Source: Bacilli bacterium | GTDB taxonomy: Bacteria; Bacillota_I; Bacilli_A; ML615J-28; CAG-313 | Assembly (NCBI GenBank): GCA_045612145.1 | Contig: JAZKYN010000136.1 | Span: 1 to 63,871 of the forward strand | DNA: 63,871 nucleotides | Direction: 5' to 3' | Shown here: piece by piece, positions 20,437-31,172 of the stretch | How positions within the stretch are numbered: the stretch's first letter is position 1 | How the letters are laid out: every line of letters begins with the position of its first letter | Program-made: the position numbers and the translations under genes | The notes under the pieces: generated by a model | Database searches by the model: none | What the model was told of the DNA's origin: nothing | The model's input: only the letters and a program-made list of their open reading frames with translations

Positions 20437-21164
20437 TAGAATTTCACCTCACTTGCTTCAAAAACAGGACCTTCTTTACAAACACGTTTAGGACCGTTTA
20501 TTGTTTCAATTGAGCATCCCATACATGCGCCAAATCCACATCCCATTCTTGCTTCTAAGCTTACACATCCATTTGGATATGCTTTACTTAAAAACTCAAG
20601 CATTTTGTGTGGTCCACATGAATAATAATAATCAAATTCAATATTATTGTTTTTAATACAATCAATAACATTTCCTTTATATCCAAGTGTTCCATCATCT
20701 GTACAAACAACAACATTACATAGTTTTTCTAGTTCTTCTACAAGCACAATATCATCCTTTGATCTTGCTCCATAAACAAGTGTTGGTTTAATTCCAACTT
20801 TATTGAATTCTTCAGCAAGCCCAAATAGTGGAGCAATACCAATACCACCACCGATTAATAATGGTTTAATATCTTTTTTAACAGTAAAACCATTTCCTAG
20901 TCCAACTAATGTATCAATTTTTGTTCCTTTTTCAAATGTAGATAAGTCTCTTGTTCCATGACCTAATACTTTATATAAAATGTCAACATGTTTATCGCTA
21001 AATCTACATACTGATATTGGTCTTCTTAAATAATATCCTGGAATTGTAACATTAATAAATTCACCAGAATTTTTAATAGCTTTTGTATCACCAACAAGTG
21101 TCATTAAGAAAACATCTTTACCAACTTGTACATTTTTTTCTATTGTCAAAATTACATTTTCCAT
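20436..21164 (-). CDS. pyrK: dihydroorotate dehydrogenase electron-transfer subunit
   Basis: 242 aa with the FAD motif RRPISV and the C-terminal 2Fe-2S cysteines CGFGACMGC...C. Confidence 0.85.
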   Translation of the reverse strand: MENVILTIEKNVQVGKDVFLMTLVGDTKAIKNSGEFINVTIPGYYLRRPISVCRFSDKHVDILYKVLGHGTRDLSTFEKGTKIDTLVGLGNGFTVKKDIKPLLIGGGIGIAPLFGLAEEFNKVGIKPTLVYGARSKDDIVLVEELEKLCNVVVCTDDGTLGYKGNVIDCIKNNNIEFDYYYSCGPHKMLEFLSKAYPNGCVSLEARMGCGFGACMGCSIETINGPKRVCKEGPVFEASEVKF

Positions 21165-21166
21165 AA

Positions 21167-24100
21167 TTACTCCTTGTCAATTACTGAAATACCCATTGTC
21201 ATTTCTTCAAGTACATCAAGTAATACTTTTACAGTATCAAGGCAAGTAAACATTGCTACATTATTATCAATAGCAGCACGTCTAATTGCTCTACCATCAT
21301 TTGTTTCTCTTTCAGAATCAGATGTTGTATTTATTACATAAGTAACATAACCTTTTTTGATTGATTCTAAAATTTCATCGCTACCTTGAGAAATTTTTCC
21401 TCTTACACGCGTTTTAATTCCATGATTTTTTAAGAATGCTGCAGTACCTTTTGTAGCTTCAATATTGAATCCTAAATTATAAAATCTTTGAATTAAAGGT
21501 AAAGTTGCTTCTTTATCTTCATCTGATATTGTTGCAAATACAGTTCCGTAATTTGCAACTCTTGTTCCAGATGCTTTTAATGATTTATATAAAGCTCTAT
21601 TTAATGAATAATCATATCCAATTGCCTCACCTGTAGATTTCATTTCAGGTGATAATACAGCATCAAGTCCTGAAATTTTTGTAAATGAGAATGTTGGAGA
21701 TTTAACATACCATCTTTTTCTATTTTCAGCAACACCAACATATCCAAGTTCTTTTAATGTTTTTCCTAACATTACTTTTGTCGCAATATTTGCAACAGGA
21801 ATACCTGTTGATTTTGCAAGGAACGGCACTGTTCTACTTGAACGTGGATTTACTTCAATAATATATACTTTATTATCTTTATCAACAATAAATTGGATAT
21901 TATATAAACCTTTCATATTTAGTTTTATACCAATTCTTGTTGTATAATCAACAATAACTTTTTTTACTTCTTCACTTAATGAATATGGAGGATATACTGA
22001 CATACTGTCACCACTATGAACACCAGTTCTTTCAATGTGTTCCATAATACCTGGAATAAATACATCAACACCATCACACACAGCGTCTACTTCGCATTCT
22101 TGACCAACAATATATTTATCAACAAGTACAGGATGTTCATTATCAAATTGAACAGCTTCTTTTACTTTTGCTTTTAAAACTTTATCATTGTAAACAATAT
22201 GCATCATTCTACCACCTAGAACAAATGATGGTCTAACAAGTACAGGATATCCAATTTCATTTGCGACTTTAAGGGCCTCTTCAACTGAGTATACACCAAA
22301 TCCTTTAGGCATAGGAATATTAATTTCTTCCATTGCTTCTTCGAATAATTGTCTGTCTTCTGCAAGATCAATACTCTTTGCAGATGAACCAAAAATAGTT
22401 ACACCAGCTGCATCTAAACGTGATGCAAGATTAATTGCAGTTTGTCCACCTAAAGCAACAACAACACCTTCTGGTTTTTCATAATCAATAATATTCATAA
22501 CATCTTCAAATGTTAATGGTTCAAAGTATAATTTATCTGAAACAGTATAGTCTGTAGAAACTGTTTCTGGGTTATTATTAATAATAATAGCTTCATATCC
22601 TGCTTCTTTAATAGCCCAAATCGCATGAACTGTTGTATAGTCGAATTCTACACCTTGTCCAATTCTGATAGGACCAGAACCAAGAACTACGATTTTTTTC
22701 TTTTTAGTTACAATTGATTCATTTTCATTTTCATATGTTGAATAGAAATATGGAACATATGATTTATATTCTCCAGCACATGTGTCGATAAATTTATATA
22801 CTGGATAGATATTATTTTCTTTCCTTAATTCATAAATATCTCTTTCATTAGAATTCCATAGATTAGCAAGATATCCATCTGAGAATCCTAATTTTTTTGC
22901 TTTTTTAAGAATTTCAAGATTAAATTCATTTTCTTTTACTTCATTTTCAAATTCAACAATATTTAAAATTCTATCTAAGAAGAATTTGTCAATTTTTGTT
23001 AAATTATAAATTTCTTCAACAGTTACGCCTTTTCTAAATGCTTCAGCAATTGCAAAAATTCTTTCATCTGTATGATTGTCAATTAAATCAAGAAGTTCTT
23101 CAACACTTAATTCTTTTAATGCTTTTATTTCAATGTGATTAACTTTATTTTCTAAAGATCTAATTGATTTTAAAAGCGATTCTTCAAATGTTCTTCCGAT
23201 ACTCATTACTTCACCAGTTGCTTTCATTTGTGTTGAAAGACTTCTATTGGCAGTAGTAAATTTATCAAATGGGAATCTTGGGAATTTTGTAACAACATAA
23301 TCAATAGTTGGTTCAAATGATGCAGGAGTTGATGCAATTTGAATTTCATCAAGTGTTAATCCCACTGCAATTTTTGCAGAAACTCTCGCAATAGGGAACC
23401 CTGATGCTTTAGAAGCAAGTGCAGATGATCTTGAAACACGTGGATTAACTTCTATTAAATAATACTTGAATGAATAAGGGTCAAGTGCAAATTGTACGTT
23501 ACATCCACCTTCAATTTTTAATCCTCTAATAATTTTTAAAGCAGAATTACTTAGCATTGAAAATTCTTTGCTTGTAAGTGTTTGAGCTGGAGCTACAACA
23601 ATTGAGTCACCAGTATGAATACCTACAGGGTCAACATTTTCCATTGAACAAATAACGATTGATGTATTGTTTTTATCTCTCATTACTTCAAATTCAATTT
23701 CTTTAAATCCTTTTATTGATTTTTCAACAAGTACTTGTGATACAGGAGATAGTTTTAATGCATTTTTTGCAAGAGGAATTAATTCTTCTTCGTTATCAGC
23801 AAATCCTCCACCTGTTCCACCAAGTGTAAATGCAGGTCTTAAAATAACAGGATAACCTATTTTATTTGTTGCAGCAATAACTTCTTCAAGAGTTGTTGCA
23901 ATTTCTGATTCAATAATTGGTTCCCCAAGTTCGATACATAGATTTTTAAATAATTCTCTATCCTCTGCTTTTTCAATTACATCAGCATCTGTACCTAGTA
24001 ATTCTACACGGCATTCGTCAAGAATACCTTTTCTATATAATTGCATACCTAAATTTAAACCAGTTTGTCCTCCAATTGAACAAATCAATCCATCAGGTCT

Positions 24101-24343
24101 TTCGTATCTGATAATTTTTGCTACATTTTCTAAGTCAAGTGGTTCCATGTAAACTTTATCAGCAATCTTAGAGTCAGTCATAATAGTTGCTGGATTTGAG
24201 TTTACAAGAATTACTTGATATCCTTCTTCTTTTAAAGCAAGACATGCTTGTGTTCCAGCATAGTCAAATTCTGCTCCTTGTCCAATAACAATAGGACCAG
24301 AACCAATTACCATTATTTTTTTCAGGTCTTTTCTTTTAGGCAT
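21167..24343 (-). CDS. carB: carbamoyl-phosphate synthase large subunit
   Basis: About 1058 aa with duplicated ATP-grasp halves ([19 protein letters not shown] and [19 protein letters not shown]) and a C-terminal MGS-like domain. The start is set at ATG 24343 (MPKRK), after GGAGG. It overlaps the carA stop by 8 nt. Confidence 0.97.
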   Translation of the reverse strand: MPKRKDLKKIMVIGSGPIVIGQGAEFDYAGTQACLALKEEGYQVILVNSNPATIMTDSKIADKVYMEPLDLENVAKIIRYERPDGLICSIGGQTGLNLGMQLYRKGILDECRVELLGTDADVIEKAEDRELFKNLCIELGEPIIESEIATTLEEVIAATNKIGYPVILRPAFTLGGTGGGFADNEEELIPLAKNALKLSPVSQVLVEKSIKGFKEIEFEVMRDKNNTSIVICSMENVDPVGIHTGDSIVVAPAQTLTSKEFSMLSNSALKIIRGLKIEGGCNVQFALDPYSFKYYLIEVNPRVSRSSALASKASGFPIARVSAKIAVGLTLDEIQIASTPASFEPTIDYVVTKFPRFPFDKFTTANRSLSTQMKATGEVMSIGRTFEESLLKSIRSLENKVNHIEIKALKELSVEELLDLIDNHTDERIFAIAEAFRKGVTVEEIYNLTKIDKFFLDRILNIVEFENEVKENEFNLEILKKAKKLGFSDGYLANLWNSNERDIYELRKENNIYPVYKFIDTCAGEYKSYVPYFYSTYENENESIVTKKKKIVVLGSGPIRIGQGVEFDYTTVHAIWAIKEAGYEAIIINNNPETVSTDYTVSDKLYFEPLTFEDVMNIIDYEKPEGVVVALGGQTAINLASRLDAAGVTIFGSSAKSIDLAEDRQLFEEAMEEINIPMPKGFGVYSVEEALKVANEIGYPVLVRPSFVLGGRMMHIVYNDKVLKAKVKEAVQFDNEHPVLVDKYIVGQECEVDAVCDGVDVFIPGIMEHIERTGVHSGDSMSVYPPYSLSEEVKKVIVDYTTRIGIKLNMKGLYNIQFIVDKDNKVYIIEVNPRSSRTVPFLAKSTGIPVANIATKVMLGKTLKELGYVGVAENRKRWYVKSPTFSFTKISGLDAVLSPEMKSTGEAIGYDYSLNRALYKSLKASGTRVANYGTVFATISDEDKEATLPLIQRFYNLGFNIEATKGTAAFLKNHGIKTRVRGKISQGSDEILESIKKGYVTYVINTTSDSERETNDGRAIRRAAIDNNVAMFTCLDTVKVLLDVLEEMTMGISVIDKE

Positions 24344-25427
24344 GTTTATTACCTCCATTATTTTTAATTAAGTTAATAAAAGTTTTAAATACATTTTCAC
24401 TATCTTGATCAATTTGTGGAATAGAATCAAATAATACAGCAAACACATTATTTTCTTTATCCATAAATCCTACAGCTTCTTTGTCAATTACATTTTGATG
24501 CGTAATTTCTAAACTTGAATTATTTAATTCATCTTGATTTAATGAGTATAAATAATTTTGCGCTGTAATTTCAATTTTCCCTGTTTCTAAATTTTTTACA
24601 GGATAATTTAATCCATGGTGCCCTGCTATTAATTTATAAGGTTCAATACCATAAGAAATACCTATTAAATTATAGCCAAGGTTAATACCAAAAACTGGTA
24701 ATACACCGATAAAACTTTTAATATTTTCTATAACTTCATCTAAATATTGGGGGTTACCTGGACCATTAGAAATAAATAGCCCATCTGGTTTATATTTTAA
24801 AATTTCTTCTTTTGTAACATTATAAGGGAAAACAATTACGTTACATCCAAATTTATTTAATTCTTTAATATAACTATTTTTTACACCTAAGTCAATAACA
24901 GCAACATTTAATGATGAGTTAGGAGTACGTGAATACCAAATTCTTTTTGAAGAAACACTTGGTACCATTTTTTCTTCTTCTACATAGTTATTAAGAATTT
25001 CTAAACACTCTTCAAGAGGTTTATCAATATCGCAAATTAATCCTTTTAAACATCCATTGTCACGAACAACTTTCATAATGCTTCTTGTATCAACGCCAGC
25101 AATACCAGAAACATTATTTTCTTCCATTACATCTTCTAAAGTTCTTGTATATCTAAAGTTCGATGGAATTTCATTATATTCTCTAACGATTAAACCTTTT
25201 ACTTTAATGTTTTTAGATTCATAATCTTCATCAGTTAATCCATAGTTACCAATTAAAGGATAAGTCATACAAATCATTTTATTTGCATTAGTTGGATCAG
25301 AAATAATTTCTTGATAGCCAACAACAGAAGTGTTATAGATAATTTCAGCAACACATTCGTTTTGGCAACCAAATCCAACACCTTCAAATACCATTTTGTT
25401 TTCAAGTACTAATTTACGATTGTTCAT
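24336..25427 (-). CDS. carA: carbamoyl-phosphate synthase small subunit homolog with a degenerate glutaminase site
   Basis: 363 aa. The N-terminal CPSase small-chain region is well conserved (TYPLIGNYG). The GATase motifs are altered: FGINLGYNL replaces FGICLGHQL, and LFDSI replaces (Y/F)HPE. Confidence 0.9.
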   Translation of the reverse strand: MNNRKLVLENKMVFEGVGFGCQNECVAEIIYNTSVVGYQEIISDPTNANKMICMTYPLIGNYGLTDEDYESKNIKVKGLIVREYNEIPSNFRYTRTLEDVMEENNVSGIAGVDTRSIMKVVRDNGCLKGLICDIDKPLEECLEILNNYVEEEKMVPSVSSKRIWYSRTPNSSLNVAVIDLGVKNSYIKELNKFGCNVIVFPYNVTKEEILKYKPDGLFISNGPGNPQYLDEVIENIKSFIGVLPVFGINLGYNLIGISYGIEPYKLIAGHHGLNYPVKNLETGKIEITAQNYLYSLNQDELNNSSLEITHQNVIDKEAVGFMDKENNVFAVLFDSIPQIDQDSENVFKTFINLIKNNGGNKHA

Positions 25428-25439
25428 ATTTTTTCTCCC

Positions 25440-26639
25440 TTATTTTTTATATACTAATTTACCATTTACAAATGTATATTTGGTAAAACCATAATACGAT
25501 TCATTTATAAATGGCGAGTTTTTTCCTTTTGATAATATTTCATTTTCTAAATATTGATGTTCATTTTCAATATCTAATACTACAATATCTGCAATAAATC
25601 CTTCTTTTAAATCTCTTTTTGGAAGATTAAAAACTTTAATAGGATTAAAAACAAGAATATCCAAAAATTTATCTAAACTAATAAGATTAGTTTTAACAAA
25701 GTTTGTATAAATAATAGGAATCAGTGTTTCAAGACCAATAATACCATTTGGACATTTATCATATTCTTGCGATTTTTCTTCTTGACTATGTGGTGCATGA
25801 TCTGATGCAATCATACATGCAGTCCCATCAAGTAAAGCCTCAACTGTTGCAATTCGATCTTCTTCAGGTCTAAGAGGGGGATTCATTTTGAAATTTGCAT
25901 TTTTTATCATATCTTTATTTAAGATTAAATGATGTGGTGCAACTTCACATGTAATATTATATCCTTCTTTTTGTGCTTCTCTTATAGCATCAAAAGATTC
26001 TTTTACTGACATATGGCAAAAATGATATTTGCAACCAATTTTTTTTGCAAGTTCTATTTCGCGTCTAACAGCAACATATTCGCCTTCTCTATCATATTTA
26101 TAAAAATTATCTTCTGCATGTGAGGCTATAGTTAAATCATATTTTTTAGCAAGAATCATTGCTTGTTCTAATAATTCTAAATTATTAACACCTCTACCAT
26201 CATCAGAAATACCAAATACTTTGTCATGCATTTCATCAATTTTTGATAAAACTTTGTCTTCCTCATTTACTGTGACACTACAAAATGGATACACATTTAC
26301 AATAGCATCTTTTTTTATAGCATCAAGCTGTACATTTAAATTTTCAAGACAGTCAGGACAAGGTTTTAAGTTTGGCATTGACATTATCGATGTTACTCCA
26401 CCTTTTGCGGCAGACAATGTTCCTGTTTTAACTGTTTCTTTATATTCAAAACCTGGTTCTCTTAAGTGAACATGTACATCTACAGCACCAGGCATTACCA
26501 AACATCCTAATGCATCAATAACTTCACAATTTTCTTCAATATTATTATCAATTTTTAAAATAGTATTTTTTTCAATAAGTATATCTTTTTTAACTAAAGA
26601 ATTGTTTTCAATAATTTTTCCGTTTTTAATAAGAATCAT
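25440..26639 (-). CDS. pyrC: dihydroorotase
   Basis: 399 aa with metal ligands DVHVHLREPG, ASHAED, CHMS and ASDHAPH. Confidence 0.9.
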   Translation of the reverse strand: MILIKNGKIIENNSLVKKDILIEKNTILKIDNNIEENCEVIDALGCLVMPGAVDVHVHLREPGFEYKETVKTGTLSAAKGGVTSIMSMPNLKPCPDCLENLNVQLDAIKKDAIVNVYPFCSVTVNEEDKVLSKIDEMHDKVFGISDDGRGVNNLELLEQAMILAKKYDLTIASHAEDNFYKYDREGEYVAVRREIELAKKIGCKYHFCHMSVKESFDAIREAQKEGYNITCEVAPHHLILNKDMIKNANFKMNPPLRPEEDRIATVEALLDGTACMIASDHAPHSQEEKSQEYDKCPNGIIGLETLIPIIYTNFVKTNLISLDKFLDILVFNPIKVFNLPKRDLKEGFIADIVVLDIENEHQYLENEILSKGKNSPFINESYYGFTKYTFVNGKLVYKK

Positions 26640-26642
26640 ATA

Positions 26643-27515
26643 TTATAATCTACCTTCCATAGCAAGAGATACAACAGCCATTCTTATATAAACACCATTT
26701 GTCATTTGAGGGAAAATTCTACTTTTTTGACATTCAACAACATCATCAGCAATTTCAACACCTCTGTTAACTGGTGCCGGGTGCATGATTATTGCATTTT
26801 CTTTCATTTGATTAACTCTTTCAATTGTTAATCCGTATTCTTTATGATAATCTTCAACCGTCATCTTCATACCTTCAGTATGTCTTTCAAATTGAATACG
26901 TAATAACATAATTACATCCATTTCTTTAATAGCATCTTCAAATGAAATGAATTTACAAGAGTTATCATTAAATTCTTCAGGTCCTGAAATGTATACATCC
27001 ATTCCAAGTCGTTGCATTACTTCAATATTTGTATGAGCAACTCTTGAATTAACAATATCACCAACGATACAACATTTAATGCCTTCAAACTTTCCAAACT
27101 CTTCATAAATAGTCATTAAGTCAAGTAATGATTGTGTAGGGTGATTACTTTTTCCATCTCCACCATTGAAAATAGGAATATTGATATTTTCAAGTTCTTT
27201 GAAGTATTCATCTTGGCTTGATCTGATAACAACACCATCAACACCTAATGATTCAAATGTTTTTACAGTATCATATAAAGATTCACCTTTTTGAGCAGAT
27301 GATTTACCAGTATCACATTGTAAAACATTAATTCCTAAATTCATTAATGCACATTGAAATGAGAAATGTGTTCTTGTTGAATTTTCATAAAATAGTGTAA
27401 CTACTTTTTTACCTGGATAACTAACTTTATATCCATTTTTAATTTTACTTGCATATTCAATTATTTCAACAATTTTTTCTGTTTTTAAATCTTTTAAAGT
27501 AAGTAATCCTTTCAT
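26643..27515 (-). CDS. pyrB: aspartate carbamoyltransferase catalytic subunit
   Basis: STRT(H), HPTQ, NSRV and HPAPVNRG motifs. The start is set at ATG 27515 (MKGLLTLKDL), after GAGGTG. The track ORF starts at GTG 27527. Confidence 0.93.
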   Translation of the reverse strand: MKGLLTLKDLKTEKIVEIIEYASKIKNGYKVSYPGKKVVTLFYENSTRTHFSFQCALMNLGINVLQCDTGKSSAQKGESLYDTVKTFESLGVDGVVIRSSQDEYFKELENINIPIFNGGDGKSNHPTQSLLDLMTIYEEFGKFEGIKCCIVGDIVNSRVAHTNIEVMQRLGMDVYISGPEEFNDNSCKFISFEDAIKEMDVIMLLRIQFERHTEGMKMTVEDYHKEYGLTIERVNQMKENAIIMHPAPVNRGVEIADDVVECQKSRIFPQMTNGVYIRMAVVSLAMEGRL

Positions 27516-27577
27516 TTTGCACCTCACTATTTTATATTTTGATAAATTTTTCTATTTTACCCCATTTTATTCAATAT

Positions 27578-27606
27578 ATAATACCACAAAATGTTTTTTT
27601 TATCAA
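27578..27606 (-). promoter_or_regulatory. sigma-A type promoter of the pyr operon
   Basis: On the minus strand, TTGATA (27601-27606), a 17-nt spacer, then TGgTATTAT extended -10 (27578-27583). The leader to pyrB is about 55 nt. Confidence 0.5.
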
Positions 27607-27632
27607 CATTATAACCATACTTTTTTTAAACT

Positions 27633-27661
27633 AAAAAAAATGCACATTTTAATGTGCATTT
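27633..27661 (-). terminator. rho-independent terminator of nfo
   Basis: AAATGCACAT-TTTA-ATGTGCATTT, with the nfo stop codon in the loop. A T8 run follows on the minus strand. Confidence 0.75.
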
Positions 27662-28551
27662 TTAATAATTTCTTTGATATTTTCATTGAAAATTCCATCT
27701 TTAATCATTTTAATTTCTTCCTTATATGGAGGAACAGACAAATCATCTGTAACATCAATATATGGAGTTTCCAAAATTTTAGGAATATCTTTAAATCTTT
27801 CATCATTGCAAATTTTTACTATAGTATCAAAGCCAACATAACCAAAGCCTATATTTTCGTGTCTGTCTTTTTTAGCATTTAAAGGATTTTTCGAATCATT
27901 AATGTGAATCACTTTTAAGTATTCTAATCCTATAATTTTATCAAATTCATTTATAACATCTTCATAATTATTTACTAAGTCATATCCTGCATCATTAATG
28001 TGGCAAGTATCTAAGCAAACAGCAATTCTATCTTTATTATCAATTTGATTAATAATAGCAGCAATCTCTTCGAAATTTCTTCCACATTCAGTTCCTTTTC
28101 CTGCCATTGTTTCAAGTGCAATTACACTATTATATTCAGAAGTTAAATCTAACATTTGATTAATACCGCTTGCAATTCTATTAATGCCAATATGAGAACC
28201 ACTTCCAACATGGGCACCAGGGTGTAGAACCATATATTTTGCACCAATAAGATCAGTTTTTCTTAATTCATCTGATAAGAATTTAACAGCAAAATTAAAC
28301 TTTTCACTATCTTGTTGAGCTAGGTTTACAATATAAGGAGCATGAACAATAATGTCATGTGGATTAATTCCATTTTCTTTTGCAAGAGTAAGTGCCTTTT
28401 CTACGTTCATTTGCGATAAAGGTTTTCTAAAAGTATTTTGAGGAGCACCTAAATAAACCATCATACAATTTGCATTATATGATAAAGCTTCTTCTACACT
28501 TCCCAGTAACATTTTTGTTCCACTATTCGCTACATGAGAACCTATTTTCAT
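27649..28551 (-). CDS. nfo: endonuclease IV (deoxyribonuclease IV)
   Basis: 300 aa TIM-barrel AP endonuclease with motifs HAPYIVNL, LETMAGKG, CLDTCH and HINDS. It overlaps the helicase gene by 4 nt. Confidence 0.9.
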   Translation of the reverse strand: MKIGSHVANSGTKMLLGSVEEALSYNANCMMVYLGAPQNTFRKPLSQMNVEKALTLAKENGINPHDIIVHAPYIVNLAQQDSEKFNFAVKFLSDELRKTDLIGAKYMVLHPGAHVGSGSHIGINRIASGINQMLDLTSEYNSVIALETMAGKGTECGRNFEEIAAIINQIDNKDRIAVCLDTCHINDAGYDLVNNYEDVINEFDKIIGLEYLKVIHINDSKNPLNAKKDRHENIGFGYVGFDTIVKICNDERFKDIPKILETPYIDVTDDLSVPPYKEEIKMIKDGIFNENIKEIIKNAH

Positions 28552-29888
28552 CGAGAACCTCTTTCTTGTTTAGCACGTTTTTTATAGATTTCACTGATAT
28601 GAGCTTTTTTAGCTTTTTTAATTTGTTTATTAATTTCTTCCATTCGTTTCTTTTTGTATCCTGGTTTTACTTTTTTAGGCATCTTTGTTTTTGCATGGAT
28701 TTCACTTTCAATTGTTTTTGCAAAACCTTGTTCTTTTTTTATAAAGAATTTTGTTTCAACAATTTCATTGTTTGAAATTTTAACAAATTTAGGTTGTAAA
28801 CCTTTTGCTTGTAAACTCTTAATATACCCATCATCTTGATAAGCATACAGTGCATATGCATAGCCTGTATTATTATGTCTTGCTGTTCTTCCTGTTCTGT
28901 GAATATAGAATTCAATATCTTTTGGAAGGTCAAAATTTATTACATGGCTTACACCTTGAATATCAATACCACGTGCCGCAATATCACTTGCTACAATATA
29001 TTGAAATTCTAAAGCATTAATTCTTTTAATCATTTGTTTTCTTGCTCTATCTTCCATTGCACCATGTAGTTTGCCCACACGATACCCTTCTTTTGCAAGC
29101 ATCATTGATAGTTCATCTACGCCTTCTTTGTTATTAACAAAGATTATTGCAAGGAATGGATTGATTATTTTTAATAAATCTAATAAAACAGTTTCTTTTT
29201 GTTTCGCTTTACATTGTAACATTAAATGTTCAATATTTTCAGCTGTTAGATTTTTTTCTTTTAAGGTAATTGTTTTTACTTTATCTAAATATTTTCTTAA
29301 GAAATGTCTTAATCCATTTGGAATAGTAGCACTGAAGATTAAAAACTGAGGTTTACCTTGTATTTTACCCATGATTTTATCAACTTCTAATATTTCTTTT
29401 TCTTCAAAAATCATATCAGCTTCATCAATAATAACCATTGATGCATCATGAATTTTTAAAACATTAGTATCAATTACAAGGTCAACAAGTCTTCCTATTG
29501 TTCCGATAACAATATGTGGTTGAGTTTTTTCATATTTTTTTACTTCTTGTTCTCTATCTACTCCACCTATAGCTTTTGCGACTACAATTTCTTTATCACT
29601 GTGTTTTATTAGTTCTAAGCAAACATTATATAGTTGCATAGCAAGTTCTCTTGTAGGTGAAATTATGACTGCTTGTGTAGTTTTATTATCTTCATCTAAT
29701 CTTTCAAGAATTGGAATCATAAATGAATGTGTTTTACCGCTACCAGTTGCACTTTCTACCATTAAACTTTCTCCACTTATTGCAAGAGGAATTACTTCTT
29801 TTTGAACTTTTGTAGTATCAGTAAAACCTATACTTTTAAGGGCAGTATTTAAATATTCTTTTAAATGATAATCTTTAAATTTACTCAT
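28548..29888 (-). CDS. DEAD-box ATP-dependent RNA helicase (CshB-like)
   Basis: 446 aa with motifs I SATGSGKT, Ia PTRELA, II DEAD, III SAT and VI HRTGRTAR. The C-terminal tail is basic. Confidence 0.9.
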   Translation of the reverse strand: MSKFKDYHLKEYLNTALKSIGFTDTTKVQKEVIPLAISGESLMVESATGSGKTHSFMIPILERLDEDNKTTQAVIISPTRELAMQLYNVCLELIKHSDKEIVVAKAIGGVDREQEVKKYEKTQPHIVIGTIGRLVDLVIDTNVLKIHDASMVIIDEADMIFEEKEILEVDKIMGKIQGKPQFLIFSATIPNGLRHFLRKYLDKVKTITLKEKNLTAENIEHLMLQCKAKQKETVLLDLLKIINPFLAIIFVNNKEGVDELSMMLAKEGYRVGKLHGAMEDRARKQMIKRINALEFQYIVASDIAARGIDIQGVSHVINFDLPKDIEFYIHRTGRTARHNNTGYAYALYAYQDDGYIKSLQAKGLQPKFVKISNNEIVETKFFIKKEQGFAKTIESEIHAKTKMPKKVKPGYKKKRMEEINKQIKKAKKAHISEIYKKRAKQERGSR

Positions 29889-31171
29889 TATTTCACCTCC
29901 TCAGCGAATAATTTATTGTTTTTCTTTTTCACTATTTTGCATATTTTAATTTGGTTTGTTAAATCTTCTTCAGATTCTAAGTAAACTTCTAAATAATTTG
30001 TTGTATGACCAATCCAAGTATTACCTTTCTTTTGTTCAAATAATACTTCAAATTCATAATTGATAAATTTATCTTCATATTCTTTTTTCATTTGTGATGC
30101 AACATCAATCATGATTCTTGCACGTTCTTTAATTAATCCCCCATCTAAGTGACCAGTCATTTCGTCCGCAACAGTTCCTTTTCTTCTTGAATACGGGAAT
30201 ACGTGCATACTTGAAAATTTAATCTTATTTATAAATTCAATAGAATCATTAAAGTCTTTTTCTGTTTCACCAACAAAACCGCATAAACAATCAGTTGTAA
30301 TTGCTATATCAGGGAATATTGTTCTAATTTTCTTTATTAAATTATCATATTCAGCACTATTGTATTTTCTTTTCATTCTTGTAAGTGTATTATCACAACC
30401 ACCTTGAAGTGGAATATGTAAATGATTTGCTATACGATTTTCGTGTTTTTTCATTACATTTAAAAGTTCATCACTTACTTCCATTAATTCAATTGAAGAA
30501 AGTCTTAATCGATATAATGAAGTGTTTTCCATTATTAGTTCTATTAATTTTGCCAAATTAATATTTCCTAGGTCTTGTCCATAAGTACCTGTATTTATTC
30601 CAGCAATTATAATCTCTTTTGTACCAAGTTTTACAAGCGTATTTATTTCATCAATTACATTTTGAGGATCTCTACTTTTGATTTTACCTCTTGCGTAAGG
30701 GATTAAACAATAACTACAAAAGTTTTCACATCCATCTTGTATTTTGATAAATCCTCTTGTATGTTGACTTAATCTATCTAGTTTCATTTCATCATATGTT
30801 GTATAAGTATCAATATCAAATACATGATTTATTTGTTTTTTTGTTTCAATATATTCATTAATCAAATCATAAATGTGAAGTCTATTTTTTGTTCCAACAA
30901 TAATATCAGCAATTTCTGAAGCATTAGCTTCATGAGTTTGAACAAAGCATCCCATAGCAACTATAATTGCATTTGGATGATTTCTTCTTGCTTGTCTTAT
31001 CATTTGTCTTGATTTTTGATCAGAAGTTGCTGTAACAGTACATGTATTTATAATACACACATCAGCATTTTCATTAGAATATTTCCAACCTTTATCTTCT
31101 AGAAAACTTGTTAAAGATTCGGTTTCATATAAATTAACCTTACATCCTAAAGTAATAGTTGTAAATTTCAT
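29888..31171 (-). CDS. mtaB: tRNA (N6-threonylcarbamoyl-A37) methylthiotransferase MtaB
   Basis: MiaB-like N-terminal cysteines (LGCKVN, NTCTVT, GCF) and the radical-SAM motif CENFCSYCLIPYARG. The start is set at ATG 31171 (MKFTTITLGCKVN), after GGAGG within the rsmE end. Confidence 0.85.
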   Translation of the reverse strand: MKFTTITLGCKVNLYETESLTSFLEDKGWKYSNENADVCIINTCTVTATSDQKSRQMIRQARRNHPNAIIVAMGCFVQTHEANASEIADIIVGTKNRLHIYDLINEYIETKKQINHVFDIDTYTTYDEMKLDRLSQHTRGFIKIQDGCENFCSYCLIPYARGKIKSRDPQNVIDEINTLVKLGTKEIIIAGINTGTYGQDLGNINLAKLIELIMENTSLYRLRLSSIELMEVSDELLNVMKKHENRIANHLHIPLQGGCDNTLTRMKRKYNSAEYDNLIKKIRTIFPDIAITTDCLCGFVGETEKDFNDSIEFINKIKFSSMHVFPYSRRKGTVADEMTGHLDGGLIKERARIMIDVASQMKKEYEDKFINYEFEVLFEQKKGNTWIGHTTNYLEVYLESEEDLTNQIKICKIVKKKNNKLFAEEVK

Positions 31172-31172
31172 A

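Noticed and set aside
27517-28775. Plus-strand ORFs 27517-27882 and 28470-28775, the first crossing the pyrB-nfo intergenic region
   Set aside because: Their Phe/Asn/Ile-rich translations are what the reverse frames of AT-rich coding DNA produce. They overlap nfo and the helicase gene and have no Shine-Dalgarno sequence or promoter.
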